The notes under the pieces were generated by a model. That model was not told the DNA's origin. It was given only the letters and a program-made list of their open reading frames with translations, and made no database searches. From Cyanophora paradoxa CCMP329 (taxonomy: Eukaryota > Plantae > Glaucophyta), in the NCBI GenBank assembly GCA_004431415.1, contig QPMI01000190.1:137654-201653 (forward strand): a stretch of DNA of 64,000 nucleotides. Reading direction: 5' to 3'. Of the stretch, positions 49,612-62,300 are shown piece by piece (position 1 is the stretch's first letter; each line of letters begins with the position of its first letter). The translations under genes and the position numbers were made by a program.

Positions 49612-49924
49612 GCCGAGGGCCCCTCGCCTCCTCTCCCCTCTCTCCACCCCAGCATCCCCTCCACCCCCTTTTTTTGAAGTAGTGGTAGCTGCTAGGGATC
49701 GACGTCGATGCAGTAATAACCGGAACTCGAACGGATTCGAATCGATCGCGCAAGTTGATCGCGCGGACCACGCACGCGCGTCGTCAAGAAACGGTATGGA
49801 TCAGTACACTCACAAGATGCCTACATGTGCGAAGTAGTTGAAACTGCATGGTTACGTGTTACATGCTCCCTAGGGCGCTAACAGAGAAAGAAAGAGAGAA
49901 GAGAGCGGATGCGGGATCCGATGA

Positions 49925-51166
49925 TCAGATGTTGGCCCAGGCCGCGTCGCGCTTGCTGAAGAGGGAGAGGACCTGGGGCGGGCAAGCTTGGCGGGGCGGA
50001 CGGGCGGGCGGGACGCTTAAGCTCGAGGGGCGCACGCTGAAGATGACGCCGAAGAAGAGGAGGATATCGAAGGCGAGGACTGTCCCGCCGACGGCGCGGA
50101 AGCTGTTCGCGAGGCTCGCCTGCACCTTGGGGAAGCAGGCGACGCTCGTCGAGGGCTGGAAGCTGCAGCTCGCCGGGCAGTAGAGCCGCAGCGACGCGTC
50201 CGCCGCGTCCGTGCACGGCTTGTCGAAGCCCGAGCAGCCCAAATCCCGCATCAGGTCGCACACCGCCTACCCCCCTGTCAGGAAGAGAGCGCAGCTGGGG
50301 CGGGCGCGAGGCCGTCTCACTGTTGGATCCTTCGCCACCGATTTCGCGTATGCTTTCTGCATCGTGTTGTAGCTGCATGGGTCGGAGGCGTGAGGCGAGA
50401 GTACCGAAGCGCGGGGCAGGCGGGCGCCCGCTCACAATGTGTGGCCGGGCGTCGCGCTGTTCCTCGCAATCTCAACTGCGAAAGTGGGGCGCCGCGTCGA
50501 GGTCGTGGCGCGGGGCGCGGGGCGTCAGCTATGGCTCACAGAGGGCGATGAGGAGGCCGAGGAAGATGACAGCGACGGCAAAGAGGCCGATGCCGTACGC
50601 AAGCATCTGCGGGAGGCGCGCTCGCGCTCGGATCAAATGCTCGCAGGACGCCGCGGCGGGGGCAGGCGCACAAGCTCCCGCTTGTGTTTGATGATGGCGT
50701 ACATGCCCATCGCTCCGAGGGCGCAGAGAACGATTCCCATAAAGATCTAGGCGGCGCGCGCAGCTGAGACCGACGCGACGAGGGCCTGGGCGGGGCTGCC
50801 GGACCACTCCGACGGGAATCTTGGCGTCCGTGATGTAAGTGAGCTTGTCATTGGCCGCCCAAGATCCCAGAGAGATGATGATCTGCCGTGCGCGGCAGAA
50901 AGTGGGTCAGGGTTCGAACGAAGCTTCCGCGGCCCGGCGGCTGTTCGGAAGCACGACTGATCGTTAAAAAGTCATCATTCGTAGCTAGACATGACATCAC
51001 GCTAACGCTCAAGAGGGAGGGAAGGTCTGGCCGACGCCCGAGTGAAACGGCGCGAGGCGGATGAGCGCACGATAGCGATGACGACGAAGAGGACATTCTG
51101 GGCCAGCAGAACTTTCACGATAGCGTGCGGCAGGGGCGCGTCTGCATCGGCGAGGTGCCAGCCCAT
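49925..51166 (-). CDS. Tetraspanin-like four-TM protein
   Basis: TM1 IVKVLLAQNVLFVVIAI; TM2/3 IFMGIVLCALGAMGMYAIIKHKREL|MLAYGIGLFAVAVIFLGLLIAL; loop with six Cys (VCDLMRDLGCSGFDKPC..YCPASC..VAC); TM4 VGGTVLAFDILLFFGVIFS. Start may lie further 5'. Confidence 0.6.
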
Positions 51167-51691
51167 GGTCGATGTCGAGGTCCCAGAAACGCTGTACCCT
51201 CCCGCGCTCGAAAAAATGGAGGCCGCGTCAGGCGCCAGGCAGACCGGCTTCTGGAACGGGGGACCCACCAGCGCGTCGGTGCGCGGGTATCTAGCGCCTT
51301 CTTGCCCGCGATCGGCGCTCCCGCGCGGCCCGGCGAAACTCGTCGACACAGCCATCGCCCAGCGCAGCGCCCGCTCGCGCGCGCAACTCTGTCCCTCTTG
51401 CTGATCTTCCCCGTTCACGTACGCGCTTGGCGTCACAGGGCCCCGAGCTCATCAAGCAGGCGCGTATCGCTTGTTCCGTCGTTTTCTATTGCAGCGCCTG
51501 CGGCCCTTCGGCGCCGCGTGTGTGGGTCATCTGAAGCATATTCTTGCTTTCCTTCCTCCTCGGTTGCGCGCAGGCCGAATCGGACGCTGCGGAGATCATT
51601 CCGCTCAGTGCGTCCGAATTCCCGCGCTCTCTCGGAAATCGCCTCCGCCTCCGCTGATCGCGCTGCCCGCCTTCTTGGTGCATCTGCAGGC

Positions 51692-54600
51692 AATGGCTTT
51701 CAAGTACTGCTGCCGCATGGTGCGTCGTGGTCGCGCTACGGCGAAATGGGCGTCCGCTACGAGTGGGCGAGCCGAATCTCGCGCTCGCTCATCTTTCGCA
51801 GGGATCACGCACAACCAGGCGGTCAATATCATTAAGCAGCGCCTTGAACAGCGGTTCGCCGAGCGCCGCAAGGCTCCTCCTTGTCGCCACTGACTCGCCT
51901 CGCCGTCGCAGCAAAACGACACCCCACGCTCAAGGTTGGACTGCAGAGCTTCTCCGCGCATGCATTAAACATCAATACTTACTATCTCGCACAGTTGGAG
52001 GCGGTCTCAGAGCACAGTACTCCCAAAAGAAAGCGATGGTGCGAGCTTTCGATGATCGAGCCGGAAAGCTCCAGATTAAGATGTTCCGGTATGTATTCGC
52101 CTCTTTCCTGCAGGCTATGGAAGAGTTTATCGAGGTCGAGGCGCGGTGCGGCAGCGTCTCCGGTCTTTCCCCTTCTCCGAGCCAGCCCTGCTCATACCTC
52201 GCCAGGCACGGGCACTTCGGCGTAGGCCAGGACGCGCACATCCTTACCGGAGTGCCGGGCGGAGGTTCGCGGCTATCGCGTCTCAATTCCTGGCCTATGT
52301 ATGACAGACCGGGCTCGCAGGTCCCGTCCTCGTTGTGCCGAGATCCGACGACCCATTCGCCCGTGAGATTCCCGTCGATCGTCCCCACCTCCTGCAGGAC
52401 TAGTGCTCATGCGCAGCGGCGGTCAGAATTTGCCACCGCCGGAATCGCTGGCGGGGGCCTTGGCTCCGCCGTCCTGCGCGGGCCGGGTGCGCTCCGCTCA
52501 TGGAGTCCTGCGCCCGTGGTTGATCGCGCGCGCGCAGCGGCGATCGCCCATCAGCAGATGCAAATGTACGGCGCGGCGGGGCTGGCGATCATGCCCAACG
52601 GGATGGCGTTCATGCCGCAGCCAGCCGGCATGCCTGGGATCCCCCTCCCGATGATGGCGGGCGGGGGCATGGGCATGCCGCCCTTCATGCCTCCCCCGCC
52701 GATGGGCTTCGTCTCGCCCCGCCGCTTCGGTGGCGCCCCGGAGTCCCCCATCACGCCGCCCAGCCCGCGTGGGTACAGCCCCAGCCAGTACATGTCCCCC
52801 TCCCCCTCGTACGGCTACGGACCCGTCGCCTACGGTGCGGGCGCCACTCTCTTGCCCGCCAACACTCTCTGCCTCACGAACGTCTTCGCGGGCTGCAGAG
52901 GCGAGCCAGTGGGTCTCGCCGATGCCGATGCCGCTGCAGCTGACGGCGCCCTCGACGCCGACGCCGTTCCCCCCGAACAACCCCCACTACGGCCTCTTCA
53001 GCCCCTACGAGATGGCCGTCGAGTCGCCCCCGCCGCCCATCATCCCAGGCGCCCCCGCCCTCCCCGCACCGCTCGTCTTTATCCACGCTTCTGACGCCCC
53101 CCGCAGGCCCGCCGCCCAGCGCGCAGGCGCCAACCGCCGTTGCTGCGGGCGGACCCCTCCCGCCGGGCTTCCGCGGGGGCGGCTTCCGCGGCGTGCGCGG
53201 CCGCGGGGGCGGGTGCGCCGTGCCCCGCCCTCCGGTTCTTCGCAGGCGCTGAGCGGGCGGCAGCTTCGGGCGCAACTCGAGCCGCCCAGGGAGCCGCGAG
53301 GGGGACGGCCCCCAGCGGGACGCGCACGAGCGCTACCGGCAGTCGCCACCGCCTGCGAAGGAGGACGGCCGCCCCGCGGGGCTCGTGGACAAGCGCGTCG
53401 TGCAGGCGCCGCTGGCGGCGGCGCAGGCGCCCGTGGCTGCGCAGGAGCGCGAGCAGGGCTTCGTCACTCCGCCCCTCACACCCCGGCGCGCCTCCGCCGA
53501 GGCCTCGCCGGGCGCGGGGGCCCAGTGGGGCGCCCCGCCGCCTCCGCCGGCTGAGAAGGGGGCCGGGCTGCGGCTGATGCCCGTGGAAGACTACGTGAAG
53601 GCCGGGGGCCAGGTCTCGCCCACCTCGCCCGCCTCCTCCGCCCCGGCCTCCGTCCCCGCCTCGCCGGCAAAGCCCGCCGCCTCCCCTTCCGGTCCGCCCG
53701 CCCCGCATCCAGCAACCACCTTTGTTTTCGTGCGCTTCCTCTCCTCACGCCCCGCGTCCGTGCAGGCCGCAACAAGCCGCTGCCGCCCATTCCGACAACC
53801 GGCCCCGGCACGCCTGCCGGAAAGGCCGCAGCAGCGGCGGCGGCGGCGGCGGCGGCTCAGGCGAGCGGGGCCTCTCCCGCCGCGCAGGACATCGCGAACC
53901 TCGTCATAGACATCCCCGAGGGTGCAGCGAGTCTTGGTTTCTCCGCCCCGCCGCGCGGCCCGATCGCGAGCCCCGCGCAGGCGTGACCGACGAGGAGGCG
54001 CTCGTCATCGCCCGGCGGCACCTCTCCGAGCGCCGCCGTGCCGCCGCCGCCGCCGCGGGGGCCCCGGGGGCCTCCCCGGCGCCGGGCAGCGGCTCGGGGC
54101 GGGCGCGGCGGCAGCCACCCGCCGCCTCCTCTCCTTCGCAGACATCCCCGTTCGCCCTCCGCCCCGCCCGCCCGGCCCCGCCGGCCCGTCCCAAGGCTCC
54201 TCCGCAGGCCGGCAACGGGGCGGACCCGCAGCTGCCGGCCGAGGCCCGCCGCATGTCGGGCACCCTCGGCCCCATCGGCCCCGTGCGCTTCCCTCTGCCG
54301 CCTCGCGCCCAGCCGCCGGCTCCTCACTGGCGCCCGCCTCAGAACCCGGGCTCCCGGCGCGCCTCGACGGGCTCCATCACCCTCTCGGTGCCCCCTCCCT
54401 CCCTCCCCGCCCGTACCCCGCTGAACGCCCGGCAGCCGGAGAAGCCGGGCGGGCGCTCGGTGGAGGAGTTCCGGCTGGACCCGGGGCGCCCGCCCTTTGA
54501 GCCCCGCGCCCGCCCCGGCCCCACCGCCCGCCCCTCCCACGCCTTCCCCGACATCCAGTGCGGCCCCGCGCTCCCTTCTCCCCGCTGCGCCCGCCTCGCC

Positions 54601-54698
54601 CTCACCCGGCCGGCGGCAGGTTCGGGGACCTCTCGCAGGAGGAGGTGCTGGGCGGGTCGCCGTACGCCGTCGTCAGCCCGCACCGCGAGATCTGATCT
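51692..54698 (+). CDS. Hypothetical multi-exon Pro/Ser-rich protein
   Basis: Exon-like segments AVNIIKQRLEQRFAERRK, KKAMVRAFDDRAGKLQIKMFRYVFASFLQAMEEFIE and a long Pro/Met/Tyr low-complexity tract. No family recognised; boundaries approximate. Confidence 0.4.
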
Positions 54699-54934
54699 GA
54701 GCCCGAGGAGACTGCCGCCGCGCCCGAGGCACCGCCGCCCGCACCCGCACTCCAGGCGACCCCCGCACCCGACCCCGCGACCCCGCGGCGAGGGCGGGCG
54801 GCTCCACCGCAGCCGCCCGCCAGACCGCCGCGCGTGTACAGTAGGCAGGACTAACTACGATCTATCGAAGACTCGACATCGCGCGCGCACATGAGATCTA
54901 GCGGGGAAGAGGGAAGGGGCGGCTCGCTGGGGCA

Positions 54935-57330
54935 TCACGCGGGGTCCCAGGTGGGGCTCTCGTGCCAGCCGAGGGAGAGGGCGGAGGCGCGGCCGAAGTG
55001 CTGGACGGGGGACTGGGGCAGGACGAGGAGCGGGACGCTGTGGCGGTCCGAGTAGAAGGTCACCACCGAGTCGTAGTACCAGCGCGCGAAGTACGGCGAG
55101 TCGTCTGCTCGCAGCTCAGCGTTCGAGAAGGGCGAGGCTCCGGCGGCGGGGGGGCGGGCCCGGGTGCTGGAGGAGGGAGAAGCCGAGCTCGACGAGGGGC
55201 CGGAGGGCGCAGCGCGGGTAGTACATCGCCTGCATCCCGTAGAACGCGTGCGGCGGCTGCACCTGCACCGCCCAAGCTCAACGCCGCTCACACTAGCGCC
55301 CACGCCGGGCACTCCGCCGCAGGCAGCGCCGCCCCCGCCGCAGCCGCAGCGCGGCCCGCCGCCGCCCGCGAGAGAAACGCCGCAGCGGGCGGGGCAGCAG
55401 CGGCGCCCGGGTCGGGCTAGGCAGGCGCCGGATGGGGCATGGGAAGGGAGGAGGCAGCGGGTCGGGAGGGGGGCGGGGCGGGGCACCTTGTACTCGATGT
55501 AGCGGGGGATGGGCCGCCAGCGGCCGCCGGCGTGGAAGTCGCGCGTGCGCAGCTGCTGCCAGAGGCGGTTCGAGTAGAGCACCAGCATGTAGCACTGCGC
55601 GCGACCGCCCCGCTCGGCCCCCGAGGGCGGCCAGGGCGGCGAGGGCGCCCGGCGCCCGCTGAAGCAAGATTGACATGAAGAGGATTATTCTTAAATGAAC
55701 TTTGGATCCTTAGATTAGAAGCTCCGGCTCGGCTTCGTTAGGCTCGATGTAACTGAGCGGGGAGCGCGCCTCGTGCTTGGCCTCGATCTCGCGGACGGCG
55801 AGGCCGAGCACCCGCAGGAAGTCGTCCTCCACCTGCCCCGCCCCGAGTCGGCCCCCCGCGGGGGCACGCGCGGGGGGGGGTAGGGGGGTAGGGGCGCCTT
55901 GACGTCGTCCTCGAGGACGATGAGGCCGTCGGGGGCGACGAGGGGCACCTCGAGCGCCCGCCGGTACGCCATCAGATGCCGGATCCGCCGGTCCCGCTCC
56001 CGCACCGCGTCCCAGTCCGCCTGCAGAGGGTCACAAGGGCGGCGGGGAGCGCAGCGCAGCGCCGCGCGGCGCAGCGCCAGGCGATGGTCGGCCAGAGAGG
56101 CGGCGGGGGGGCGGGGGGGCGGGGGGCGGGGCGGGCCTGGGAGAGGCGGTGGATGCGGAGGCGGCGGTGGTGGCTGTAGTTCTTGAGGTACGACGTCTCG
56201 TTCGCCCCCACGAAGACGTTGATGTGCGGCGCCGCGCCCAGGACCCCTGCGGGCGGGGAGAGGAGGCGCGCCTCAGCGGGGCCCGCGCGGGCGCAGCTGG
56301 CGTGGGAGGGGGGCCTCGCCGGCTAAGAGGAGAGAGGCGATGGTCTCGTGCACGTAGGGGCCCTCCCGCGGGGCGCTCACGATCACCACGTCCGGCCGCA
56401 GCTTCGGGTCCCCGGGGGGCGGCCCCGCCGGCGTCGGCAGCGGGCCCTCCTGCCCGCCCCCCGCTCGCCCAGAGCGGGGCGGGGCGGGGCGGGGCAGTGG
56501 ATTCGGCCCGCACGGGGTCGTAGCAGGGGAGCTCGAGGGCGGGGACGGAGTGGGGTACGACGATCGAGCAGCGCTTCCCCGGGGGCCGCGAGTACTCGAC
56601 CTGGGCGGGGGCGGGGTCGGGGCGGGGTCGGGGGGCGGGGGGGCGGGGGGCCGGGACGGGGCGGGCCTCGAGGAGCTTGGGGAGGCCGGGGTAGGGGTCG
56701 CCGAAGAGGCTGTCCATCCAGAAGGGGTCCCCCGCGAGGAAGAGCCCGGCCTCTCCGGCGTGCCGCTGCAGCGCCTCCCTCGCGTCCGCGTCCCCCACGA
56801 AGCGCCCCGCGTCCAGCATACCGTACGTCGCCCTCCGCACCACCAGCCCCGCCCCTGCGCCCCGCTCGCCCCCGCCCTCCCGGCCGCCGCGCGGCGCGGC
56901 GGGAGCGCACCCTGAAAGCCCGGCTCGTCGCCGCACACGCTCACGTTGAAGTCCGGCCGCTGCAGCGCCCGCTCGAGCGCCGCCTGGGCCGCATGGGCCG
57001 CCGCCTCGTACAGAGCCCGCTGCTGCTGCAGCGCGGCCTGCTCCTCCTGAGTGCCGCCCCCGCCGAGGTCGGGGGCGGTCGGCTCCTGCGGCGCCGCTTG
57101 CGCGGGATCGCTCGCGTGTTGCTCCTCTGCGGAGGATTCCTGCGTCGTCCTCAGAGCGGCCTGCACGCTCTGGACGATGCCGGGCACTTCGGCTGCGTCC
57201 GTGGCGCCTGCGCACGCGTTGGCAAAGGCCGATGTGCGCGGCGTAGGACTGGGCCGCTCGGACCAATCCCAGCCGCGAGCAGCAGCACCAGCGCCAGGGC
57301 CGCCAGCCCCGCCGCCGCGCGCGTGCGCAT
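54935..57330 (-). CDS. Type II membrane glycosyltransferase (GT-A fold, MGAT4/GT54- or GT25-like)
   Basis: N-terminal anchor MRTRAAAGLAALALVLLLAAG, VVIVSAPREGPYVHETI, LIVLEDDV (DxD-like), FYGMQAMYYP, PVQHFGRAS. Confidence 0.75.
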
Positions 57331-57839
57331 CGGCTTTCCGCCACCGCAAGAACGATTTTGATTGTGTCGGAAGGTCGAGCGGCGAGCAGGGGCTAGAGCG
57401 GGTTTCTACTTGCGAGGGGGGGTAGAGGACGAGGAGGCTGCCCAATGGGACACAGCCGAGGCCCCTTCGAGGAATTCGAGGCCGGCCAAAGCCGCCAGAT
57501 CTAGATCTAGAGCTGCCAGACGTCGACGTCTATCCGCGCTCGCAAGATCTACTAGGCTAGAGGAGAGCGTCGTCCCGTTCGCGTAGCAGCCTGGCAGAGC
57601 GAGGCCCCATCAACGCCGGACGGAGGACCGCACCGTACCGCGGGCGGTACGGCGGGACCAGTGCAGCTTCGATCGCTGCGGCTGCGTTGATCGAACAAGC
57701 GTCAACCGTTGCGGCTGCATTGATCGGAGAAGCGTTGTTTCGATTTCCGGTGATGTCTCGGAGCCCAGGGTCCGAGCCCTTCGCTCAAGGGCCTTGAGGG
57801 CTTGCTGCGTCGAGCGATGGAAGGCAGAAGATAGCTGAG

Positions 57840-59299
57840 ATGCAGCTGACCATAAGCGACGCGGATGCCGAGACCGCCTATGGCACGGCGGTGCCGCGGC
57901 GCGGGTCCCTCCGGCCGGAGAGCGGCGCGGAGAGCTTCGGCGGGTGGCAGGTCACTGAGCAGCTCTTCGAGACTCCGACCTCGTTCGTGCCTTCCCTCCG
58001 AGCGTGCTACACCGCGGGCCGCCGACGCCCCGCGCCCTGCAGCGTGCTCTACCTGGTGCGGGGCCAGGGCGGGCGGGGCGTGCGGGACGGGAGCGTCAGC
58101 CCTTCAGGCGCCGGGCGCCGTCGGCACTCAATGGTCGGTGCCGTCGACTCGCCAAGCACCGCCGCCGTCGCCCTTGCGGTGACCCACGGGCACCGGCCCC
58201 GCGAGAAGTCGGTCGGTGCGTCGGCCCGCGCCGGCCGGCGAGCGAGCGCCGCGCGGCCGGCCTCGCTCCGCCCACGCGGGTAACCGCAGATCTCGGCTCG
58301 GCGCTGGCGGAGGCGGCGCCGGCCCCGCCCGAGTACTTCGTCCTCAAGATCCGCAAGGGGGCCGGCGAGGGGGCGCCGGGGGGCGGCGCGAGGCGGCGGC
58401 GCGGCTGACGCAGGCGCGGCGCGAGGCGGCGCTGCAGGCGGCCGTGCCCCACCCCAACATCCTCCCCGTCGTCGACAGCGGCGAGGCCCCCGCCGGCGGC
58501 TTCTACGTCCGCCCCCCCCCCCCCCCCCCCCCCCCGGCCCCGCCCCGCCGCCCGCCGGCCGAGCGCGCCCCGCCGCCCCGCGCAGATCGTGACGCCGCAC
58601 GTGCGAGATGGGTCCCTGCGCTCCCTCCTGCGCCGCGGGTGCGCGGGGCCGCCGCCCGCGCCTCCCCGGGGGCGGCGGGGTGCGAGGGGCGGGGCCGGGG
58701 CAGGGCGCTGGGGAGGAGGAGGTGGTGCGGGTGGCGGTGCAGGCGGGGGCCGCCCTCGAGGCCGTCCACGCCCGCGGCCTCGTCCACAGGCGCGCACCCC
58801 GCCCCGCGCCCCGCCCCCGGCGCGCCCCGCCCCCGACCGCCGCCGGCGCGCGCTTCGTTCGCAGGGACGTGAAGCCGGAGAACCTCCTCGTGAGCTGGGA
58901 CGGCCCCGGCGCCACCCTCCGCCTCCGCCTCATCGACTTCGGTGCGCCGCGCAGGCCCCGCGCGCCCCGCGCCTCGCCTGAGCGGGGGCGCGGGGGCAGG
59001 GATGTGCGTGCAGCGGCAGGCGGGGGCCGGCGAGGGCTTCGCGGGGACGGTGCACTACTGCAGCCCGGAGCAGGCGGGGATGATCCAGCGGCCCATTGAC
59101 GCCCGCTCCGACCTCTACTCCGTACCCCGCCCCGCCGCGCCCCGCCGGCGCCCCGTCCGCTCCGGCCCCGCCTGAACGAGCCCCGCGCGCTCAGCTCGGC
59201 GCGGTGCTCTTCGAGTGCGCGACGGGGCGGCCGCCCTTCCAGGCCCCCTCCGCCCTCGAGCTCCTGCTCCTGCACCGCTCCCAGCCCGCCCCGGACGGT

Positions 59300-59341
<42 letters not shown>

Positions 59342-62300
59342 GGCCCCCGGGGGAGGCCGAGCGGGGGGACAGCGCGGGAGGTGAACCCGGCGGTGTCGGA
59401 GCGGGTGGCCGGCCTCATCGCGGCGCTCCTCGCCAAGGACCCCGACGACCGCCCCGTCCGCCCCTCCCCGCCCCGCTCCTCCCCGCTCCGCCCGTCCCTT
59501 CTGAGCGGTCCCCGGCGCCCCGGCAGAGCCGCATCGACGCGGGGGAGTGGGAGGGGTCGCCCTGCTCCCCCGGGGCCCCGCTGGGGGCGCCCCCAGACGT
59601 GCACGCCGCCGCCTCGCTCGCGACGGCCTTCGCCGGGCGCGAGGAGGCGGCGCGGGCGCTGGCGGAGGCGTGGCGGGCGGCGCGGGCGACGGGGCGCCCC
59701 GCCACGCACGTCCTCCTCGGGCCCTCCGGCTCCGGCCGCACCCGCTTGCTCCTCAAGCTCGCCGCCGACCCCGCCCCGGTCCCCGCCCCTCCCATACTCC
59801 CCCCGCCCCCCGGCCCCTCACGCGCCCCCTGCAGCCCGTGGCGCCCCCCAAGAACGCCTCGCCGGCCCCCTCGGGCTCCCCCTCGGCCAGCCTCGGCCCC
59901 GTGGCGCTCTTCTGCCGCTCGGAGGGCGTGCTTGGGGCCGCCCCGCGGGCGCCCATGGCGGAGCTCCGCGGCGCCATCCGGCACCTGACGATGCAGATCG
60001 GGCGGCTGCCGGCGGCGGCGCGCGCGGCGGCGACGGAGCGGGTGCGGGCGGCGGCGGCGCCGTGCCGGGCGACGCTGCAGCGCGCGCTCCCCGAGCTCGT
60101 CCGCTTCGTCGGCCGCGAAGGCGGCGAGGCGGGCGAGGGCGGGGAGCAGGGCCGGGGGCCGGCGGGGCGCGGGAGGGGGCGGCGAGCGGGGACGTGGCGG
60201 CGTACGCGGTGGCGTCGTTCCTGTGCGGGCTGGCGGCGGGCTTCGGGGGCCTGCTGCTCGCCGTGGACGACCTCGACGCGGCCACGCCCGGCACCCTCGA
60301 CCTCCTCCGCGAGCTCGCCGCCGCCTCCGCCGCCGCCCACGCCCGCCGCGCCCCGCTGCCCCTCCTCCTCCTCCTCTCCTCCTCTCCCGCCGCCCTCGCC
60401 CGCCGCAAGGAGAGCGACGCCGCCCGCGGCGCCGAGGCCCGCCGCCGCTCCGTCACGGGCGACCCCGCCGCCGTGCTGGAGGGCAAGGGGGAGAGCCCGC
60501 TTGCCTCGCTGCTGGCGGGGCCGCTGGTGACGCGGCACGAGCTGGCGCCGCTCGCGCCGGGGCAGGTGATGGCGCTGGTGCGGAGCGCGCTGGGGGAGCG
60601 CGCCGTGCCGCCCGAGCTGGGGGAGGTGGTGTGGGGGAAGTGCGCGGGGAGCGGGGCTGCGTCGCTCCAGTTCCTCTTCGCCGCCGTCGACTCGGGCGCC
60701 CTCGTCTTCCGCTCGGCCGCCTGGCGCCTCGACGCCGCCGCCGCCTGGGAGGCCCCCGCCCCCGCCCACGCCGAGGCCACGGCGCTCGCGCGGCTCGACG
60801 AGGCCGGCCCCGAGGAGCGCGCCGTGCTGCGCGTCGCCGCCCTCGTCGGCAGCGAGTTCACGCTCGGCGCCCTCCTCGCCGCCTCGGCCCGAGCACCCCG
60901 CCGCCCGGGGCCCGGCGAGGCGGAGGGGGCGGCGGTGCGGGGGGCGCTGCGGGGGGCGCTGCGGGGCCGGCTGCTGGAGGAGGTCGCGCACCGGCGCTTC
61001 TCGCAGCCGGGGAACCCCGTCGCCATGCAGACCGCCAAGTTCCTCGCCGCCGGCGACGACGAAGAGGACGGCCCCGGCGCCCTCGCCTCCGGGACCCTCT
61101 CCCCCGCCCCGGGCGAATCGGACGAGCGCGAGTCGACAGACGGCCACTCGGCGGACGACGCGCCGGCGGCGGAGCGGGCGCCCAAGAGCCGCTCGAACAG
61201 CCGCGACGGGGCGGAGCGGCGGGCGGAGGCGCGGGCGGCGCGCCTCGCCCGCCGCTTCCGCTTCCTCCACCACGAGCCCCGCGCGGCGCTGCTGGCGGAG
61301 GCAGAAGAGGAGGGGGCGGGGGCGGGGGCGGGCTCGGCGCTGGGGGTGCACCGGCGGGTGGCGCGGCACCTGCACGCCCAGTGGGCCCCCGCCACGACCC
61401 CTCCGACCTCGCCCTCCTCCGTGCGCCGCACCTCCCCGCCCCCCCCCCCCCCCCCCTCCCCCCCCCTTGGCGCCTTGCTGCGGCCAACGGGCCGCAGGGA
61501 GATCGCGTTCCACGTGCAGCAGTCGGGCCTCCTGGAGCCCGGGCAGGGCGGGGTGCCGGCGCCCCCCGAGGAGGTCGCCGAGGCGTACGAGGCGGTGCGG
61601 GCGGCCGGCCTCGCGCTCTACCGCGGACTGGCGCTGGACGAGGCGGCGGAGTGCCTGGAGGGGGCGCGGGGGGCGCTGCCGGAGCGGGCGGCGGAGGACT
61701 ACGAGCTGCTGGCCGCCCTCGGCGAGTGCTGCCACGCGGGGCGCCGCTTCGAGGCCGCCCGCGAGGCCTTCGAGGCCGCCCACCGCACCGCCCAGGCCCA
61801 GCTCGCCGCCGAGGCCGCCCCGCCCCGCCCCGCTGGAGCCCCCGCGCCCTCCTTCGCCGCGGCGGCGGCGGCGGCGGCTGCTGGGCGGCCCGCCTGCGCT
61901 GCGCCCAGAGCCAGGAGCGCCTCGCCGCGAACGCCATCGCCCAGTACCGCGTCCGTCCCGCCCCGCCCCGCCCCCTTCCTCCCCTCTTCTTCTCACACGC
62001 GGGGCGGGGGCAGCTGGAGGAGTCGCGGGAGCACGTGGCGCGGGCGTGCGCGCACGCGGGGCTCGCGCCCTTCTCGCGGGGCCTCTGGGGCGCCCTCACC
62101 GGCCTCCTCCTTCTCCTTTTCCACCTCTTCCTCTCCCGCTTCCTCTATGCCCGCGCCGTCCGCCGCGCCGGCCCCGTCCACGAGGCCCGCGCCCGCCTCC
62201 GCTCCAAGCTCGCCATGTGCCACTCTTCCCCCCCCCCCCCCCCCCCCCCCCCCCCCGCGGCGTCTGTCTGATCTGAAGCGGCTCCCCCCCCCCGTTCCTT

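Noticed and set aside
57633-57652. Hairpin ccgtaccgc-gg-gcggtacgg as a terminator
   Set aside because: No U-tract, eukaryotic divergent-promoter context, and short enough to arise by chance.
59753-61996. Long minus-strand ORFs here and at 139-1608, 2433-4217, 3403-5283, 21694-23496 and 24068-25822
   Set aside because: Arg/Gly/Pro-rich shadow frames antisense to recognisable genes, expected from stop-codon scarcity at very high GC.
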